A stretch of DNA of 30,497 bases from a virus (IMGVR_UViG_3300001866_000283:1-30497); one strand, 5' to 3'; numbered from the stretch's first letter, positions 1 to 10,295 are shown. Notes: generated by a model not told the origin, from the letters alone. Numbers and translations are program-made.

Positions 1-1185
1 CTAATAATAATACCGATCGTTCACAAGCGCTTCGCCGTACATCAGCGTGGTACATTTCGCGGCGTCGCCCCCTACCCGGACCATGTACGACTCGTCCAAA
101 TCTGCTGAGGGGATCTCTGACGGCGCCACATATCGTTTTACCATGCCCTTCAGGTACGACATGCTAATCGAGCCCACGGGAGATGCTTTTATGCCAATTG
201 CCACGAAGCCCTCCCCCGCCAAGTCTGGGACGTAGATAGTGTTCCACCCGACCTTCCAGCCATCTTGGTCGATTGGCGTCATGTCGGAGAGGTCGGTCTC
301 CGTGGCATAGTAAACCAATCCGCGGGATCCGGAGTATGCAGTCACATAGGCTATGATGCTTACCGCGCCGGGCTCCCCACTAACTGGCAACGGGCCATAG
401 AAAGGCATCATGATGTAATCGCTATTATCGAGCGTCAGGATTCCGCTGGTGAGATCTCCGCCAGAGACGTTCCCGTGCACGTCGTAACCAAGCACGGCAA
501 GCGAATCCGTCAGGTGTGCAGTGTAAGAATGCTGAGCTCCGCCCGGCACGGCCCAGCCGAACTCGAAGAGATCTCTTCGCATCATCTTGTCGCAGAGCCC
601 TATGCTTCTGTCGAATGTGGACGCCGTGCTTGGTGTGATGCGAACTGACAGGTCTTCGACATAGCCAGCAGTCACGGCATAGCCACTAGCTCGCAGATAT
701 CGGATCGGTGCTCTCGCGTGCCCTGTGTTCGTCAGTGCGGCGGAATACCATGGCAAGGTAGGCCATGTTGCGTAAGCGAGGCCCTTGTCCGGACCGAGGA
801 GCCAAGGCTCTCTGCATGTGATCTCTGCTTCAGCCTCCCAGAAGTTATATCCAGCCCCCCAGGGTTGCGGAGCTTTCAAGACTCCGTAAGAGGCAGCGAT
901 CAGGCCGAAACGGGAAGCGTCGTATGGGTAGAATTTCGAGTTTACCGGAGCTATGTTAACGATCTTCAGGAAGTTCTCGATTGCATCCCGATCGGTGCTC
1001 CGGGCATGGACTTTGTACTTTTTCACAACTCGTCCCTTGGTCCGGATATCTGCATAATCCCGACCCGGCACCGAAATCTCTTCTACGCCCAGCTCGCCGC
1101 CTGATGGCTCGACGCCCTGGGAGTAGACGATTGACGAAAAATCTATACCATTGATCGAACAATAAGGAACTGTGTAAAGTGTCAC
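1..1185 (-). CDS. Distal tail (Dit)-like protein with C-terminal extension
   Basis: 394-aa ORF with a GTG start and GGAGG just upstream (+ strand cctcc at 1191-1195); TAG at 1-3. The N-terminal EEISVPGRD...AEITCREPWLLG pattern resembles siphophage Dit proteins, and the gene lies in the tail module. Confidence 0.55.
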   Translation of the reverse strand: MTLYTVPYCSINGIDFSSIVYSQGVEPSGGELGVEEISVPGRDYADIRTKGRVVKKYKVHARSTDRDAIENFLKIVNIAPVNSKFYPYDASRFGLIAASYGVLKAPQPWGAGYNFWEAEAEITCREPWLLGPDKGLAYATWPTLPWYSAALTNTGHARAPIRYLRASGYAVTAGYVEDLSVRITPSTASTFDRSIGLCDKMMRRDLFEFGWAVPGGAQHSYTAHLTDSLAVLGYDVHGNVSGGDLTSGILTLDNSDYIMMPFYGPLPVSGEPGAVSIIAYVTAYSGSRGLVYYATETDLSDMTPIDQDGWKVGWNTIYVPDLAGEGFVAIGIKASPVGSISMSYLKGMVKRYVAPSEIPSADLDESYMVRVGGDAAKCTTLMYGEALVNDRYYY

Positions 1186-1194
1186 GAAAACCTC

Positions 1195-3444
1195 CTAGGC
1201 AGGCGTTGGATATTTTAGATACGCATTTTTCCAGCCGATCCAGATTTGCTTGTTACCGTAGGCAACGAATGCAAAATAATGTATGTTCGCCACATCACAT
1301 TCGCCGCCGACCGACGCAGCACTCGAAAGCGGTATCGTGAAAGTTTTTACTGTTGTACTGAGTTGCGGCAAGATCGCTTCTAGATCGATTCGCCACTCGC
1401 TCGCGCCCGGTGGGTATTCGGAATATCCGTAGCTGGATATTGAAATGAATCCGCTAATAAGGTCGCTCGCGACACCACTGATCAGGAATAGATCGATAGT
1501 CAGTATGCCGTTGGCCTTTGTCATTCCAGTGCAATCCAGTTTTTCGGGTCGCCCTAGCTGCCCATCCATATTGTAGTACGCAGGAGCCAGATACGGGGAG
1601 CGATCAGGGCAGCGAGCCCCTGCCCCAAGATCGTAGATCAGCTTCGTAGTGTATCCTGGTGTTTCCGGAGGAGTCCATGCACTTATATCATCAGTATATA
1701 TATATTTTACAGTGTAATGAAGCACAATTGGATTTGGAACGCTGAACTGCGGGCGCGTGTAGATCGCGTAGAACTTGAAAGTCTTGGTGCTGCCGGGTGG
1801 ACAGATGTCAGTTATGTCGATGCCACCGGACGAATCTAGGGTCTTGTAGAATCGAAGGATTGTGTTATCACTGGCGACATCATTACAAGTTACTTTCAAC
1901 AGTGTCACCCAATTCCAATACATCTCCTCTTCAGTTGAGATCTCCAGAATCACGCGAGTTGCTCCTGAAATATATGAATCGGAGCATCCGATCGACACTG
2001 ATCCCGGTGTCCCCCATGAACTGATCCCTCCATCGGTGTCCAAAAAGCTGCCTGGAGTGACACTTACATCGCCCGACGTGGACCAGATGGGATCTCCGTC
2101 TCGGAGCTGATCTTTTGCATAGCATTGCGCCTCTCCTCGCGAATTGAACATATCGAGAATGTCTACATCTCGATTACCGAGGGAGAGCGTCATCACTCCA
2201 TCAGAGCCATAATCTATTTGTTCGATCGGCAAGAGGATGGGCCTCTCATAGTCGAGATGAAGGTTGATGTAATCATATGGATCTGCGGCTATCGGTCTGA
2301 TGAGTTCAATTTCGAAAATATTTTCTTGCGTCAGAAGCCGCGCCCATTCGGCCTCCACCAACATCGGGAAAGGATTATCGGCATCCACGATCCCAGCTTC
2401 GTACTCATATTCCTCATGAAGCCAGTACCCCGGCGCACAGTAATCTACTTTTGTGATCTTCTGCCTTGCGTCCTGGCCGCCGTATCCGAGTCCAAAGAGG
2501 ACCTGAGGCTTGATTTCCGCGGACTTGCTCTGCACATCAGCCACATCTCCCTCGTACAGCTCCATCGAGCCGTCTGACCATCGGCCAGGATCTTCCACCA
2601 TGTCTAGATAGGTATAGCCATCCTTTTCGTATCTGATAGCGATATCCAGCCCATGCCAGTCTGCGACGGCCTTGATGAGGTCTCCGTAGGTCTCGCCGTC
2701 TACTTGGAAATTGGCCATCTGGGTGTTGCCATCGTTCAGGATGTCTGAATATTCTCCTAGCCGGATCGTAGTATCGGAGGCGTTCTCGATGCACAGAATT
2801 CCCTTCGTGGCGTCCGGGAAGTCCGTGGCGTTTGGGTGGAAATACAGGTTCGTAGCGTATCGATAGTATGTATCCGGCGTGGAGTAGCAATCTGCATATG
2901 TGGAAGCCGCTGATAGCGTTCTCCCGTTGAACGTGACTGGCGTGTTGGCCGAGAAATCTGTCCCGAAGCCAGCTACCTTGAACGTCCAATGGGCATCATC
3001 GTAGTGCTCTATCAGCCCCTCAGGAACAGCGCTATTGGCTAGGTAGAGCAGCCCTAGCCGCGGCCCGAAGCCATCCATTGAGGGATTCTCGGATTCCAGG
3101 AGCTTGTAGATGGCTTTCCATGTACCTGACCAGGTCGATCCATAGTTGGCAAAGGAACGAGTTAGGCCATAGCGAGGGCATCGGCGGCGAAAAAGCAGAT
3201 CCTCGACGCCGTAGCACTTCACGGTCTTCTGAGTCTTGTTTTTGATCTGCTGGCTGAAAACATAGCCCCTGAACCAGATCTTCCCGCCTTCCTCGGCCTC
3301 GATAGCGCACCGATCGTCTATCGGCACCGAGCGCGGGAAGACTATGTTCATCTCAGAAGGCCGAGTGAAATCCTTGCGCCGACTCAGCTTCCAGCTATCG
3401 GCCTCGGCTTCGAATTCGACAGTGCCGAAAATGGTAATCTTCAT
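1195..3444 (-). CDS. Tail hub/Tal-like protein with a probable C-terminal carbohydrate/receptor-binding domain
   Basis: 749-aa ORF downstream of the tape measure. The N-terminus (FRGYVFSQQIK...KTVKCYGVEDLL) resembles tail-hub proteins; the C-terminal beta-rich segment (KTFTIPLSS...DVANIHYFAF) resembles CBM-like domains. Confidence 0.55.
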   Translation of the reverse strand: MKITIFGTVEFEAEADSWKLSRRKDFTRPSEMNIVFPRSVPIDDRCAIEAEEGGKIWFRGYVFSQQIKNKTQKTVKCYGVEDLLFRRRCPRYGLTRSFANYGSTWSGTWKAIYKLLESENPSMDGFGPRLGLLYLANSAVPEGLIEHYDDAHWTFKVAGFGTDFSANTPVTFNGRTLSAASTYADCYSTPDTYYRYATNLYFHPNATDFPDATKGILCIENASDTTIRLGEYSDILNDGNTQMANFQVDGETYGDLIKAVADWHGLDIAIRYEKDGYTYLDMVEDPGRWSDGSMELYEGDVADVQSKSAEIKPQVLFGLGYGGQDARQKITKVDYCAPGYWLHEEYEYEAGIVDADNPFPMLVEAEWARLLTQENIFEIELIRPIAADPYDYINLHLDYERPILLPIEQIDYGSDGVMTLSLGNRDVDILDMFNSRGEAQCYAKDQLRDGDPIWSTSGDVSVTPGSFLDTDGGISSWGTPGSVSIGCSDSYISGATRVILEISTEEEMYWNWVTLLKVTCNDVASDNTILRFYKTLDSSGGIDITDICPPGSTKTFKFYAIYTRPQFSVPNPIVLHYTVKYIYTDDISAWTPPETPGYTTKLIYDLGAGARCPDRSPYLAPAYYNMDGQLGRPEKLDCTGMTKANGILTIDLFLISGVASDLISGFISISSYGYSEYPPGASEWRIDLEAILPQLSTTVKTFTIPLSSAASVGGECDVANIHYFAFVAYGNKQIWIGWKNAYLKYPTPA

Positions 3445-3491
3445 GCTACTCTCCGAAAGATTAATCTGTTGTCACTGCATCAGTTACATTC

Positions 3492-3821
3492 ATGAAACTA
3501 GCTGCAATCGCGCTTCTAGCCGTACTACTGGCTGGCTCGGCCTCCGCTGAAAAATGGGGATACCTGGTGAATGAGAGCAATACTTCCCAGATCTATGGGG
3601 TAGTGCCGGATGCTCAGAAGGTGATTGACGTGGCCACGCCCCTGGGAAATGATGCGTGGGTAGTCAACGACACAACCTACTGGAAAAGCTGGAACAATAT
3701 GCAATGGCATATGAAGCCTTATCCAGCACTGCCTTTCCAAAGTCCTGAAGTGGAAATATCACATATCACAATATCGACGGCGGGCAATCATTATTTGATT
3801 GGCGTTGCCCGATGGTGGTAA
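3492..3821 (+). CDS. Secreted/exported hypothetical protein (opposite-strand insertion)
   Basis: 109-aa ORF that exactly fills the gap between two minus-strand tail genes; clear signal peptide MKLAAIALLAVLLAGSASA/EK. Confidence 0.75.
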   Translation: MKLAAIALLAVLLAGSASAEKWGYLVNESNTSQIYGVVPDAQKVIDVATPLGNDAWVVNDTTYWKSWNNMQWHMKPYPALPFQSPEVEISHITISTAGNHYLIGVARWW

Positions 3822-3826
3822 CACCT

Positions 3827-6800
3827 TTAGAAGGCCTTTCCAGTCTTGATTTGATCCGCTACTTCGCGGATCACTGATTTATTATTTTTCTCCAGGACGC
3901 TCGTCAACTCGTCCTTTGATAGGCCTGATCCATTGATATTTTGGGTGATGTTTATTACCACATTCTGTCCCTGTGCCTTCGCTGCTGCCGCTTCGAACCG
4001 AGCCGCGCCCACCACGTACTCGCCACCTGGCCTGTCTCCCACTACCGCAAGCGTGGGAGATGCCACGTAGCCCTCATTAGCGAAGGAGAGCAGAGGCGAG
4101 AAGTAGTACTGGCTAAGTAGCTGTTGTGCGGTTTTTTTAGAAGATGATGATGAAGATGAAGTGCCGGATGTCTCGTAGCCAGGATCGTCATATTCAATGA
4201 ATATAGTTTTCGTAATAGATCTTGCCGCTGCCAAATCGATTGCAGCAATCGACTTCAGCGCGAGAGTATCGTTGATCTTGACGAGCTTGGATTTTTCGGC
4301 GGTAGCATCTTCATCCAGTTTATCAATGTTGGCTTTTGCTTCTGTTGTCTCTACGCTTATCTCTTTTGTAGTGTCCTCATCTTCATCCTTACCAGCGAAA
4401 CTGATGTTTACGTATTTCGTATCCGATGCAGTGATTTCGTCTATGACAGCAGCCGCCATGCTCGTATCAGCCGTTACTTGCACGGTTTTTATGTCACCAG
4501 TCCAACTATCGACTTTCTCGATTGCGCTATCGACACTACCAATATCAGTCGCAAAGCTGATCTTTTTAGCTTCGCCCGTCCATCCCTCGATTTTTTCAAA
4601 TTCTAAATAGACGTTACTTGTATCGACCCCGAACGATACAGTTTTTTTGCCTGCGATTCTATCTTCTAGTTCCTGAAGAGCTTTGTTGGCTTCGTCGCAA
4701 TCGGCATCTACTAACAGTTTTCTAACCACTTCATCAGATTTCCCAGAATAGCCCGCCGCCAGCCAGTGGTACCAGTCCTCAGTCGATCCTATGAAGTTTT
4801 TATAGAACATCTTGTCTTCATAAGAACCTTTGGATGCATTCTCCGCAAAATTCGTTAATGTTTCAACGGCAGAGGCGGTTTTATTGGCTTCGTCACTGAT
4901 TCCCTTTAGAGCCGTGCCTGTGTCTATTAATCCTTTCTTATATTTTTCAAGAATTTTTAATTGTTTATTGGAGAATAGACCGCGCGTCTCTACATCTTCT
5001 GATGCTTTTACCATCGCATCAACATAATCCGAGGCCATCTCCCTGGCTTCGCCGTATCCACTGTCCCACTGCCCCAGGTAGAAATCTATTTGATCGGCTA
5101 TCTGAGGCTGGAAGGTGTTGTCGATGAAGTCCTGAAGGGCATCTTCACCGGATCCTACAATGGTATCTATTGTGGATGGATTGGCAATTATATCAGCCAA
5201 ATCGATTGACCCTGCTATATCGGTCATCGAAGTGCCGAAAATACTGGTGTCGGCAGTGACCTTTAACACGGCAGGCGAGTTCTCTGAATAATCCTCGACT
5301 ATTTGTTTGGCTTTCTCAACCAGTTCCCTGAGATTGTCATTGTCCGGATCGAAAAGGAGCTTTGCTTTGAGATCTTCATAATTCTCGATTGCCTCCTTCA
5401 ACGAAGTCAGATAGATTATGGCATTGTCTGTGCCTTGTGCCTTTGCCGCTTCGGGATCATATATCTGAAGATTCTTCAGGTTGTCTATGCTTTCCTGGAT
5501 ACGGTCGGTATCGAGAAGCAAGCCCTCAGTGAAGGCATCCCCGATTTCTTCTCCTATGCCAGATAGCTCTGTTTTGATATTTTCGGCATAGTCGATGTAT
5601 TGATCGACAGCGCCCGACAAGCTAAGTTTTTCTTCTATAATCGCTTTTGCACTGTCATAGTTGCCAGCTTCCAATGCCGCGATCAGCTCTAAAGCAGCAT
5701 CGCCACCAATAGCTGCGAACTGCTCCGGGAAATACTCTTGCAGAAATTCTATTTGTGGCTTAAGGCCTAACAGCTCATCTGTTTCAGTGCTGTTGATTAT
5801 GCCATCAGAAAGCGCCGCAGTTGCTGTATCTCCAATGCTTTCTAACTGATCCTTTACAAATTGGTCTGCATCGACTACCTGAGAGGCAATCTCTTCTTTG
5901 TATAGCCTGATATCATCTGCCGCGTCGCCGGTCAATAGGTTGCCCAGCTCGACGTTATCAGTGACTGCCTCAATGAACGATCCGATGTTTTCTATCGTCG
6001 GCTCTCTGGCGGCGTCCAGCATCGATTGGAAAGCATCTACAGCTTCTTCAGATGCATTTTCACCTATCAACCGTCCAGATCCTTCTAGCTCGTATTGAAG
6101 GGTCTCACTGATTCCAGTATAGTCATATTCTATCTTTGCGGATTGGCTGAGCCTCCAGACAGCAGCCTCTCCGACCTTCCCGGTCACATCTAGGACATTG
6201 CCCTCGTTGTAACCAAACCCGGAACCTTCCAGCAGTTTTCGGGTAGATTCTTCTAGATTGGCTCCATAGACAGCATCCCCTATCTGCTGACCATCTATGA
6301 AGAGCCTGGACATTATGCTCTTGTTGTTCCCCTGATACGCGACTTCGACTTCCAGGCCACTATCGAGTTTCGTAGTCGTGGTTCCCGCAACATTGCCCTT
6401 GCTAGCGGTCGTACCCCGTGCAAGGAGCTTGGAAATGTCTCTTTCGGTCTGCTGCTGCTTGAATTCTTTTTCGAATTCATCCCAGTATCCTTTCGCTGAT
6501 TCTTCCCCGGCAGCGCCACCTACATTGATTCCAGCCTTCTTAGCGGCCTCGATGTTCTCAGGGCTATCGAAGTCTGCCGCCTTTGACAATGCCTCATTCA
6601 GTTCATCGCTGTTTTCTATACCCTCAGCCACACTGGCAGCAGATGCCTCTCCAGTAGCCATGATTTCAGAGGCACGCGAGGACACCGAATCAACAAATCC
6701 AAAGATACCTCCCAGTGGTGAATCCTTGATCGCGTCCTCAAAGTACCCACTGGCAGCGTTCCCTGCCTGTCCCATCAGTGAACCTATTGCGGAGGAGAAC

Positions 6801-8746
6801 CCGCTGGCAGCTTGTGGGATCGCAGTAGTCAGGCCGGATACAATCGCCGATCCAAGGTCAGATACCCAATCAACCACCCCTGAAATAGATGAGGACACCG
6901 AATCGAACAGGCCAACCAACGATTGGACCGCATCTGAGCCCGAAACCATATTCGATAAGGCTTCTTTGAAGGCCTGCACGTAAGCAGATCCAGTTTTTAT
7001 TGCAGAACTGGCCGTTGTTATGGCAGATGCTAGACCAGAACCAATAGCAGAATATACGGGTTGTGCGGCAGATACGAGGTTAGCCATCCCGCCCGTCAAA
7101 GTGGATATCCCGGTAAAAACGAGAGTTATAGGACCTGTGGCAGCATCAAAAGCAGCTTGCAGCCCGGCCATTACACCAGAGCCGCCGCCTATCGCATCCC
7201 AGACAGGGGTGACAACGGCTGACAGATTGCCAAATACCGCAGTTGCTATAGACCCAATAGACGAAAATGTACTACCAATGGCCGAAGCTGCCTGGGAATT
7301 TGAGACTATGCTGCCAATTGCCTGCCCGGCATCGACGGCCCCGACCACCAAACTTGTAAGGCCACTCACTGCAGAGGTAGCCGCAGGCAAGAAGACATTT
7401 CCGAGGGCGACAGACGCATAGGTGAATGCGTTGTTGAGCATCGTACCCGCGGCTTCGTAGGTACTGGCGTTCTGTTCGAACGTCTTGGCCATTCCGCCAG
7501 CTTCGCCCGATTGGCCCTTGTCCCATTGAGAAATTGTCTGAGCTAAAGCAGAATTGTAGGTGTCCTGTGCTCCCGCGAGCTTCAATAGGGCCGGTGCGCC
7601 CTCTGATCCAGCCAGGTTGACAGCCGTCTGGAATCGCTCGACAGGATCCTCGATAGCCGCAATCTTGTTGGCCGTCTCGATGAGGGTGTTGGGAAGATCA
7701 CCAGCTACCTTGTCTTTCAGCTCATCGACCGAAACACCCATGAGCGCGGCCCAATTGTCCATTCCTCCGGTTTTCGAGGAAGTGGACGTTAGCTGGTTCA
7801 TGGCCGACTTTATGCCGCCTGCTGCGGTCTCAGCTGTCAAGCCTGCAGAGATCAGAACGCCGCCGAGGGTTGCTACCTGGGTGACGCTCAGGCCCATAGT
7901 GGTGTTGAGGAAACTGGCCCGATTGGTGAAATCGAGAACATCCGCCTCGGTGGCGGCCATGCTATCGCCGATCTCGTTGATGACGTTGCCGAGACTCTGC
8001 ATGTTCTCGGTGTTGATCGGCTGCTGGAAGGCGTTGAGAATCTTGGCGGCTGCTGTCGCTGCCTGTTCCGCAGGCAGTTCGAAGGCTACCGACATTTGCG
8101 CTGCGCTTTCTGCGAAGCCTGCAATTTCAGTGGATGCCACGCCGAGTGATCCACCAACAGCAGCCAACGCGGCTAAGTCAGTTGCAGCTACAGGAGCCTG
8201 GGTGGACAGCTCTTGCAGATCGGAGCCCAACTCGGAGAAATATGCGCCTGCATCGGCACCTTCATCGAGCGATATTACTTTTTTGGCCCCGCTCATAGCG
8301 GTTTCAAACTGGCCGGCAGCAGCAACCGCACTTGCTACGCCGCTCACTATCGCGCCTGCTATTACCGCTCCGCCTGCGATAGCGCCAAGTGCGATTATTC
8401 CAGACGGCCCGAGAGTTGTAGCTACCTCACCAGCGACGCCGCCGATTGGCCCAAGTGAGCTAGAAAGGCCGCTTACAACTTGATTTCCTATACCAGCGCC
8501 TGCAGACGAGAAATCACCAGATGTCAGTGATTTGGTTAGGCCCTCTCGGATTCCGCCGAAGCCGCCTTGCATCGATTTACTGATGTCGCTCGCCAGGCTG
8601 GACATGCCGCCGCCAAGCTTGCTCTTGAAATCGCTCTCGATCCCAGATACGGCTGCGGTAGCTTGGCTTCTGGCCTGGTTGAGAGCATTTGCCAGCCCCG
8701 TGACATCCCCATCGATCGCTGCAGTGATTCGGCCCGCTTCGCTCAT
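3827..8746 (-). CDS. Tail tape measure protein
   Basis: 1639-aa Ala/Gly/Ser-rich ORF with a TP901-type TMP core (FETAMSGAKKV...ELSTQAPVAATDLAALAAVGGSLG) and a typical C-terminal FANEGYV...VVGDRPGGEYVV motif; follows the tail chaperone. Confidence 0.93.
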   Translation of the reverse strand: MSEAGRITAAIDGDVTGLANALNQARSQATAAVSGIESDFKSKLGGGMSSLASDISKSMQGGFGGIREGLTKSLTSGDFSSAGAGIGNQVVSGLSSSLGPIGGVAGEVATTLGPSGIIALGAIAGGAVIAGAIVSGVASAVAAAGQFETAMSGAKKVISLDEGADAGAYFSELGSDLQELSTQAPVAATDLAALAAVGGSLGVASTEIAGFAESAAQMSVAFELPAEQAATAAAKILNAFQQPINTENMQSLGNVINEIGDSMAATEADVLDFTNRASFLNTTMGLSVTQVATLGGVLISAGLTAETAAGGIKSAMNQLTSTSSKTGGMDNWAALMGVSVDELKDKVAGDLPNTLIETANKIAAIEDPVERFQTAVNLAGSEGAPALLKLAGAQDTYNSALAQTISQWDKGQSGEAGGMAKTFEQNASTYEAAGTMLNNAFTYASVALGNVFLPAATSAVSGLTSLVVGAVDAGQAIGSIVSNSQAASAIGSTFSSIGSIATAVFGNLSAVVTPVWDAIGGGSGVMAGLQAAFDAATGPITLVFTGISTLTGGMANLVSAAQPVYSAIGSGLASAITTASSAIKTGSAYVQAFKEALSNMVSGSDAVQSLVGLFDSVSSSISGVVDWVSDLGSAIVSGLTTAIPQAASGFSSAIGSLMGQAGNAASGYFEDAIKDSPLGGIFGFVDSVSSRASEIMATGEASAASVAEGIENSDELNEALSKAADFDSPENIEAAKKAGINVGGAAGEESAKGYWDEFEKEFKQQQTERDISKLLARGTTASKGNVAGTTTTKLDSGLEVEVAYQGNNKSIMSRLFIDGQQIGDAVYGANLEESTRKLLEGSGFGYNEGNVLDVTGKVGEAAVWRLSQSAKIEYDYTGISETLQYELEGSGRLIGENASEEAVDAFQSMLDAAREPTIENIGSFIEAVTDNVELGNLLTGDAADDIRLYKEEIASQVVDADQFVKDQLESIGDTATAALSDGIINSTETDELLGLKPQIEFLQEYFPEQFAAIGGDAALELIAALEAGNYDSAKAIIEEKLSLSGAVDQYIDYAENIKTELSGIGEEIGDAFTEGLLLDTDRIQESIDNLKNLQIYDPEAAKAQGTDNAIIYLTSLKEAIENYEDLKAKLLFDPDNDNLRELVEKAKQIVEDYSENSPAVLKVTADTSIFGTSMTDIAGSIDLADIIANPSTIDTIVGSGEDALQDFIDNTFQPQIADQIDFYLGQWDSGYGEAREMASDYVDAMVKASEDVETRGLFSNKQLKILEKYKKGLIDTGTALKGISDEANKTASAVETLTNFAENASKGSYEDKMFYKNFIGSTEDWYHWLAAGYSGKSDEVVRKLLVDADCDEANKALQELEDRIAGKKTVSFGVDTSNVYLEFEKIEGWTGEAKKISFATDIGSVDSAIEKVDSWTGDIKTVQVTADTSMAAAVIDEITASDTKYVNISFAGKDEDEDTTKEISVETTEAKANIDKLDEDATAEKSKLVKINDTLALKSIAAIDLAAARSITKTIFIEYDDPGYETSGTSSSSSSSKKTAQQLLSQYYFSPLLSFANEGYVASPTLAVVGDRPGGEYVVGAARFEAAAAKAQGQNVVINITQNINGSGLSKDELTSVLEKNNKSVIREVADQIKTGKAF

Positions 8747-8802
8747 GTAGTGGCTCCGCTAATATCGAAAATCTATTGTTAAGATTGTTAGTTTATTATC
8801 AG

Positions 8803-8811
8803 TGCAAAAAA
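8803..8811 (-). terminator. Possible archaeal-type oligo-T terminator after the gpT-like frame
   Basis: TTTTTT on the minus strand immediately after the TAA at 8812-8814, followed by an AT-rich spacer before the TMP gene. Confidence 0.3.
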
Positions 8812-9099
8812 TTAAGTCCAGGCTCGATACCTGGCTATGTACTCTACTGAAGTTGTTTCTGGCTTTCTCTCATCAGGACGCTGATAGAACTCGCTCCACG
8901 GAGGCAGGCCCTCGCCCCACCATTTTGCGACTGCCACGGCAGCACAATAGCCAGAGAACGCTGCTATTTCACGTCGGAACTCCCTCTCTTTCAGGTGGTG
9001 GAAATAGAGGGCATTGAGTTCTGGAACTGTAAGGGAAAAAAATACTTCCGGAAGAAGGCCTAACTCTGTGTAGGCGATTCGGTAGGCATCTTCCCAGAA
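8812..9099 (-). CDS. gpT-like C-terminal extension of the tail assembly chaperone (-1 frame, no start codon of its own)
   Basis: Manual translation gives FWEDAYRIAYTELGLLPEVFFSLTVPELNALY...YRAWT*. The frame is -1 relative to 9060..9617, overlaps its end and fills the gap before the TMP. The left end is the stop codon; the right end is approximate. Confidence 0.75.
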   Translation of the reverse strand, partial: FWEDAYRIAYTELGLLPEVFFSLTVPELNALYFHHLKEREFRREIAAFSGYCAAVAVAKWWGEGLPPWSEFYQRPDERKPETTSVEYIARYRAWT

Positions 9100-9617
9100 G
9101 CTATCTGAGCTGCTGTTTCCGTCGCATTCGCCTTGAGGAGCTTTTCCTGGAGCTGGGCCTTCAGAATTCTCATGTCTGCATCCTTTTTCTCCTGATCGAT
9201 CTGTCGCCTCTCTTTCTCCCTGTCTATCTCGGCCTCCCAGATCGGCAGGGCAGAAGGGTCTTTCACCACGAAGAAAGCCTTCCAGATGGCATGATGCAGG
9301 CTCTCGATGTCGCCGCCTCGCCCCAGGTAGGCGTCTATGGCCTGTGCAGCTTCCGATGGGCTGCCATCTTTCTCATCCAGAGTGGAGAGGCCGGTCACAG
9401 CCCCCACAGCAGCTTCAAGGACTTCCGAGATGGGCAGAAATGCCAGCAGAGCCCTCATATCTGCCGGGCTGTCAGCGAAGAGCCTGCCGTTGGCGTCCTT
9501 GGTGCCGAGTCGCCGGAGAAGCTCTTTGGCCCGCTTCTCGAAGATCTTCATAGCCCCAAATGTCCACTTAATCTCTCGCTCTTTGTCCATGTCTAGGATT
9601 ATTGCTTCATTTGCCAT
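9060..9617 (-). CDS. Tail assembly chaperone (gpG-like)
   Basis: 185-aa ORF between the tail tube and tape measure genes; GGAGTGA SD upstream; N-terminal DKEREIKWTFGAM pattern typical of tail chaperones. Confidence 0.75.
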   Translation of the reverse strand: MANEAIILDMDKEREIKWTFGAMKIFEKRAKELLRRLGTKDANGRLFADSPADMRALLAFLPISEVLEAAVGAVTGLSTLDEKDGSPSEAAQAIDAYLGRGGDIESLHHAIWKAFFVVKDPSALPIWEAEIDREKERRQIDQEKKDADMRILKAQLQEKLLKANATETAAQIASGKMPTESPTQS

Positions 9618-9662
9618 TTGTATTCACTCCTATTATCACGCAATAAATAATTATCCAGAGAC

Positions 9663-10286
9663 TCACTCTGGATAGATTTCTCCCTGGCCTTTCACGGTTA
9701 GCGTCTGCTTCTGCGCGTCGCTGGCCGATGCCAAGATGTTCTCTATGCCCTGTAGAGTGCCTATGCCGATTGCGAAAGCTGTAATGCTATCTACGCTGTA
9801 GAACTTCCAGAGGCCGGATAATTTCAGATCGGCCAACGGTACGCCGCCGTCATAGTAGAAAGTGCCTGCTGAGAACTCCCAGCTTCCAGCACCCATGATG
9901 GATGAGCCCCATCCGGCATCATCGCAGCTTGTGGTGTCGATCTCTTTTCCACCGATCTTCAGCTTGCCGTCGAACAGGCCAATCACCTTCTGAAAGTTGG
10001 CCTCAGATCGTCTCGCTCCGGTGACTGTGACTGCGCTTCCAGATTTCGACGTCTCGAAGGTCACTGAACCACGGAGGTAGTTCACGGCGAATCCTGTAGT
10101 GACGGCAGTTCCATCTACCTTCACTGTTAGGGCCATATCCTCATCCCAATAGCGAGAACCGGGCGCAGCCTGGAATGTGAGGTGATCCCCAGAATCCGAG
10201 AGCGCCAGGTTCGTGAATGCGACGGAGACCGCGTCGGGATCATCCCTATAGAGAGCGGCAGATAGGCCGCTCACTGCTGATGTCAT
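9663..10286 (-). CDS. Tail tube protein paralog with an inserted Ig-like/beta-rich segment
   Basis: Shares KIxGKEIDT...DDAGWGSSIMGAGSWE with 10296..10721 and carries an extra N-proximal beta-rich segment (LTVKVDGTAVTTGFAVNYLRGSVTF). Confidence 0.7.
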   Translation of the reverse strand: MTSAVSGLSAALYRDDPDAVSVAFTNLALSDSGDHLTFQAAPGSRYWDEDMALTVKVDGTAVTTGFAVNYLRGSVTFETSKSGSAVTVTGARRSEANFQKVIGLFDGKLKIGGKEIDTTSCDDAGWGSSIMGAGSWEFSAGTFYYDGGVPLADLKLSGLWKFYSVDSITAFAIGIGTLQGIENILASASDAQKQTLTVKGQGEIYPE

Positions 10287-10295
10287 AGATCAGCC

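Noticed and set aside
1195-2100. Diversity-generating retroelement target in the tail protein C-terminus
   Set aside because: No template/variable repeat pair or reverse transcriptase is visible in the window.
4141-4160. GAT/GAA trinucleotide run
   Set aside because: It encodes a poly-Ser linker in the tape measure protein.
4197-8750. Long plus-strand ORFs antisense to the tape measure and other structural genes
   Set aside because: These are shadow frames of strongly biased coding sequence with no motifs or SD support.
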